Source of the DNA: Vitrella brassicaformis CCMP3155
Taxonomy: Eukaryota; Protista; Chromerida
Assembly (NCBI GenBank): GCA_001179505.1
Contig: CDMY01000571.1
Span: 124,001 to 188,000 of the forward strand
Direction: 5' to 3'
DNA: 64,000 nt
Position 1 is the first letter of the stretch, and each line of letters begins with the position of its first letter. Made by a program: the position numbers and the translations under genes. Under the pieces are notes generated by a model, which was given only the letters and a program-made list of their open reading frames with translations, did not search any database and had not been told where the DNA came from. This document shows, piece by piece, positions 61,287-64,000 of the stretch.

Positions 61287-63204
61287 ATGGCTGACGGGCG
61301 GTCGCAGGCCCCCTCGACGCTCGAGTCGGTGACGGGCGAGATGGTGCAGAATATGATGGACGACATGCGCGGCGCCATGGACAGAGAACGACAGCAGAGT
61401 GACAAGCGCATCAGCGAACTCGAAAGCCAACGCGACGAATACAAAAAGAGAGGGAGGCCTACAAGAAGGAGCGAGATGAATACAAGAAAGAGAGGGATGA
61501 GTGGAAACGCCGATGTGAAGAGGTACACACGGACACGCAAGCCATGAGGCAGAGAGAAGTACACCAACACGCTGTCTGCGTGTGTCTGCAGGCCGAGGGG
61601 AAGCTGAAGGCCGCCTTCGAGCACGAGCCTTCGTTGGCGAGTCTGCATTGGGAGGGCGGAATGTACCACGGCAATGTCCGCAACAAGATGCCCCACGGTG
61701 AGGGCACTCTGCGCACACTGACGGCCAGAGCTCACTCTACGAGGGCCAATGGATGGACGGCAAACGGCACGGCAAAGGCAAGGAATACGCCCCATGCCAA
61801 GTGCGCAACCAGCAAGGCGGCCAGTATGAGACCAAGATGTGTCTCGTGTATGAGGGCGATTTTGCGGAGGGCAAGCGGGAGGGACGGGAGGGCACCGAAT
61901 ACCAAGCCATCAACGGGCAAATGGTGCAGGTCTATGAAGGAGAATGGAGAGCCAACAAGCGGCATGGACAGGGCAGGGAGCTTCCCCACTACGATTCGAG
62001 CACAGGACAACAGATTCTCGAGTACAAGGGGGACTGGATGGACGGCAAGAGACACGGCAAGGGTGAGGAGCTTACTGACGGCAAGGTGATCTACAAGGGC
62101 GGTTGGGCAGATGGAGAGAAGAACGGAGACGGCGTGGCGACGGGCATGCGGTGGGAACAGAATTACAGATACCACGGCCCGACACGCGACGGCAAAGCGC
62201 AGGGCGAGGATGGGGAATTGCGAGATGGCAACGACCGTGTCGTCTACAAGGGCGACTGGCAAGACGGCAAGCGGGAGGGAAACGGTGTCGAATGTGCGAT
62301 GTACAGGCAGAAGGAGGTGAAGGTCTACGAGGGAGAGTGGAGAGACAACAAACGGCATGGCCGAGGGACAGAGTTCCACCATGAGGACGGCCAGCTGTTG
62401 TACGAGGGCGAGTGGGTCAACGGACAGAGGACAAACATAGGAGAGGGAAGGGTGGGCTTCATGCCGCTCCAAGACGACAAGAAAAAGCTGGTGGGCTACT
62501 ATCACGGCGAGACCCAACACGGGGTGCCAAATGGGAAGGGGGAACTGCGATATGGCATCAATGTCGTCTACAAGGGCGATTGGCAGGACGGCAAACGGAA
62601 CGGGAAGGGTGTCGAGTACGCAATGCATAGTCAGAAGATGGTGAAGGCCTACGAGGGAGAGTGGAGAGACAACATACGGCATGGCCGAGGGACAGAGTTA
62701 CGTCATGAGGACGGGCAGCTGATCTACGAGGGCGAGTGGGCCAATGGAGAGAAGACAAAGAGAGGGAAGGGAAAGGTGGGCTTCATGGAGCTCGAAGGCG
62801 ACCAGGGACAGGTGCTGGGCGACTATCACGGTGAGACACAAAACGGGCAGCCAAATGGGGAAGGGGAAATACGAGATGGCAACAATGTTGTCTACAAGGG
62901 CGGCTGGAAGAACGGCAAGCAGCACGGCCAGGGCAAGGCATACTACGGCTACGGTGGTGGTCCTATGTTGTGGTTCGAGGGTGAATGGCGGGAGGGCCTG
63001 GCCCACAGCGGCACCCTCTTCCCGGACGGCCACTGGAGTGCGTACAAGAATCCTGACGGCACCCCCTATTGTCCCATCACGCCCATTCGATGGCAGGACG
63101 GACAGAAGATACCCGACAGGGACCTGGACGGTTATGGGACGAAATTGTATGAGTGGCTGCAGAATCAGGGTCTGTCGGGGTATTTCCCTGCTGATGCATT
63201 CTGA
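61287..63204 (+). pseudogene. MORN-repeat protein with N-terminal coiled coil; two apparent -1 frameshifts (~61445, ~61719); intact 483-aa ORF from 61753
   Basis: Many YEGEW.NG.RHG.G repeats. The upstream KKERDEY heptad exon and the GMYHGNVRNKMPHGEG segment are each out of frame with the next segment. Confidence 0.8.
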
Positions 63205-63754
63205 CAGCGAGCGTGTCTCTTGCCGCCCGGCTGTCTGGCTGTGTGTGTCGTCTGTCTACGGTTCTGTCTTTGCATTGGAGGGAGGGAGGGAAGCAGTGGC
63301 TGCTCTTCTCCTTCTTCTCTCTCTTGTATGGCTGCCTGGCTACCCATTGGTGAAAGTGTGTCGGACAAGAGACTGAGGACTCACACGCATCTGTGCATGG
63401 CAGTGGTATTTCGATTGTTGTCGGCCCTCCATCTGTGAGCAGTACAATCGACCGATACGCTGTCTAAGCACTCCCATCAGTATCTTGTCGATTGGACACG
63501 TCTGTATGTGCCTGTCTCTCTGGCTGGCCGACTGGCTGCGGGATTGAATGATCGATGGCCGTCTTCCTGCCGTCTTCCGTGTCTAAACAGAGGCCAGCCA
63601 GACAGACAGGGAGGGGATAGTGATCGAGTGGGTCTCTCGTGGGCGCCTGTCTCGCGTGTCTATCTGTCTCCCCAGACAGTAGGGCACAGCGTGAAACCGA
63701 CATCGCGTGTCGTGTCGACTTCGCGCGATTTTCGGCGCTTCCAAATCATCAGAG

Positions 63755-63885
63755 ATGATGAGAGCGATCGGCCTCCCTTCTTTTGGCGTGTGCGTTACCG
63801 TCCTCATTGCCCTGGCCACCGTGGCTGCCTCTCAAGAGTCTGACCTGGAGAGATCCGACGCCGACCAGAGGGCCTTACAGTTTGG
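63755..63885 (+). CDS. First exon of a probable secreted protein (continues beyond the window)
   Basis: MMRAIGLPSFGVCVTVLIALATVAASQESDLERSDADQRALQFG followed by a gtacg donor. Confidence 0.5.
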
Positions 63886-64000
63886 TACGCAGTGGGAGAG
63901 GACAGCCTGACCTGACACAGTGTCTTTTTGAAAGGGGGGGTAGCGAAAGGCAGGCAAAGACAGTCATTGGAGGGAGATCTCCCTACCCCCAAATCATCAT

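Noticed and set aside
61732-62682. 316-aa hydrophobic minus-strand ORF (also 62698-63033)
   Set aside because: Antisense shadow of the repetitive MORN coding strand.

Overview
Eukaryotic, GC-rich, intron-dense DNA with microsatellite-filled introns and four 300-N assembly gaps. It is most likely a chromerid alveolate such as Vitrella brassicaformis; this is inferred from bipartite plastid leaders, intron style and a characteristic expanded ankyrin family. All gene models are hand-spliced from GT/GC-AG sites and the ORF track, so boundaries are approximate. Recognisable genes: plastid-targeted EF-Ts head-to-head with a DUF3783-like gene carrying a homologous targeting leader; RLP24; a ~13.4-kb polycystin-1-like gene (signal, WSC, REJ, GPS-like, 5 TM, no PLAT or channel); a BTB protein; roadblock/LC7 with a GC-AG intron; a MAPEG protein; a tetraspanin with a partial tandem copy; four disrupted ankyrin paralogues; a truncated plastid ferredoxin; an F-box-like gene; a ~7-kb inverted duplication centred on two secreted paralogues with RxLR-EER-like motifs; a CBS-domain protein; LYRM7/MZM1-like; and a frameshifted MORN-repeat gene. 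Degenerate telomere-like (TTTAGGG) motifs cluster in several divergent promoters. No rRNA, tRNA, CRISPR array or transposase was recognised.
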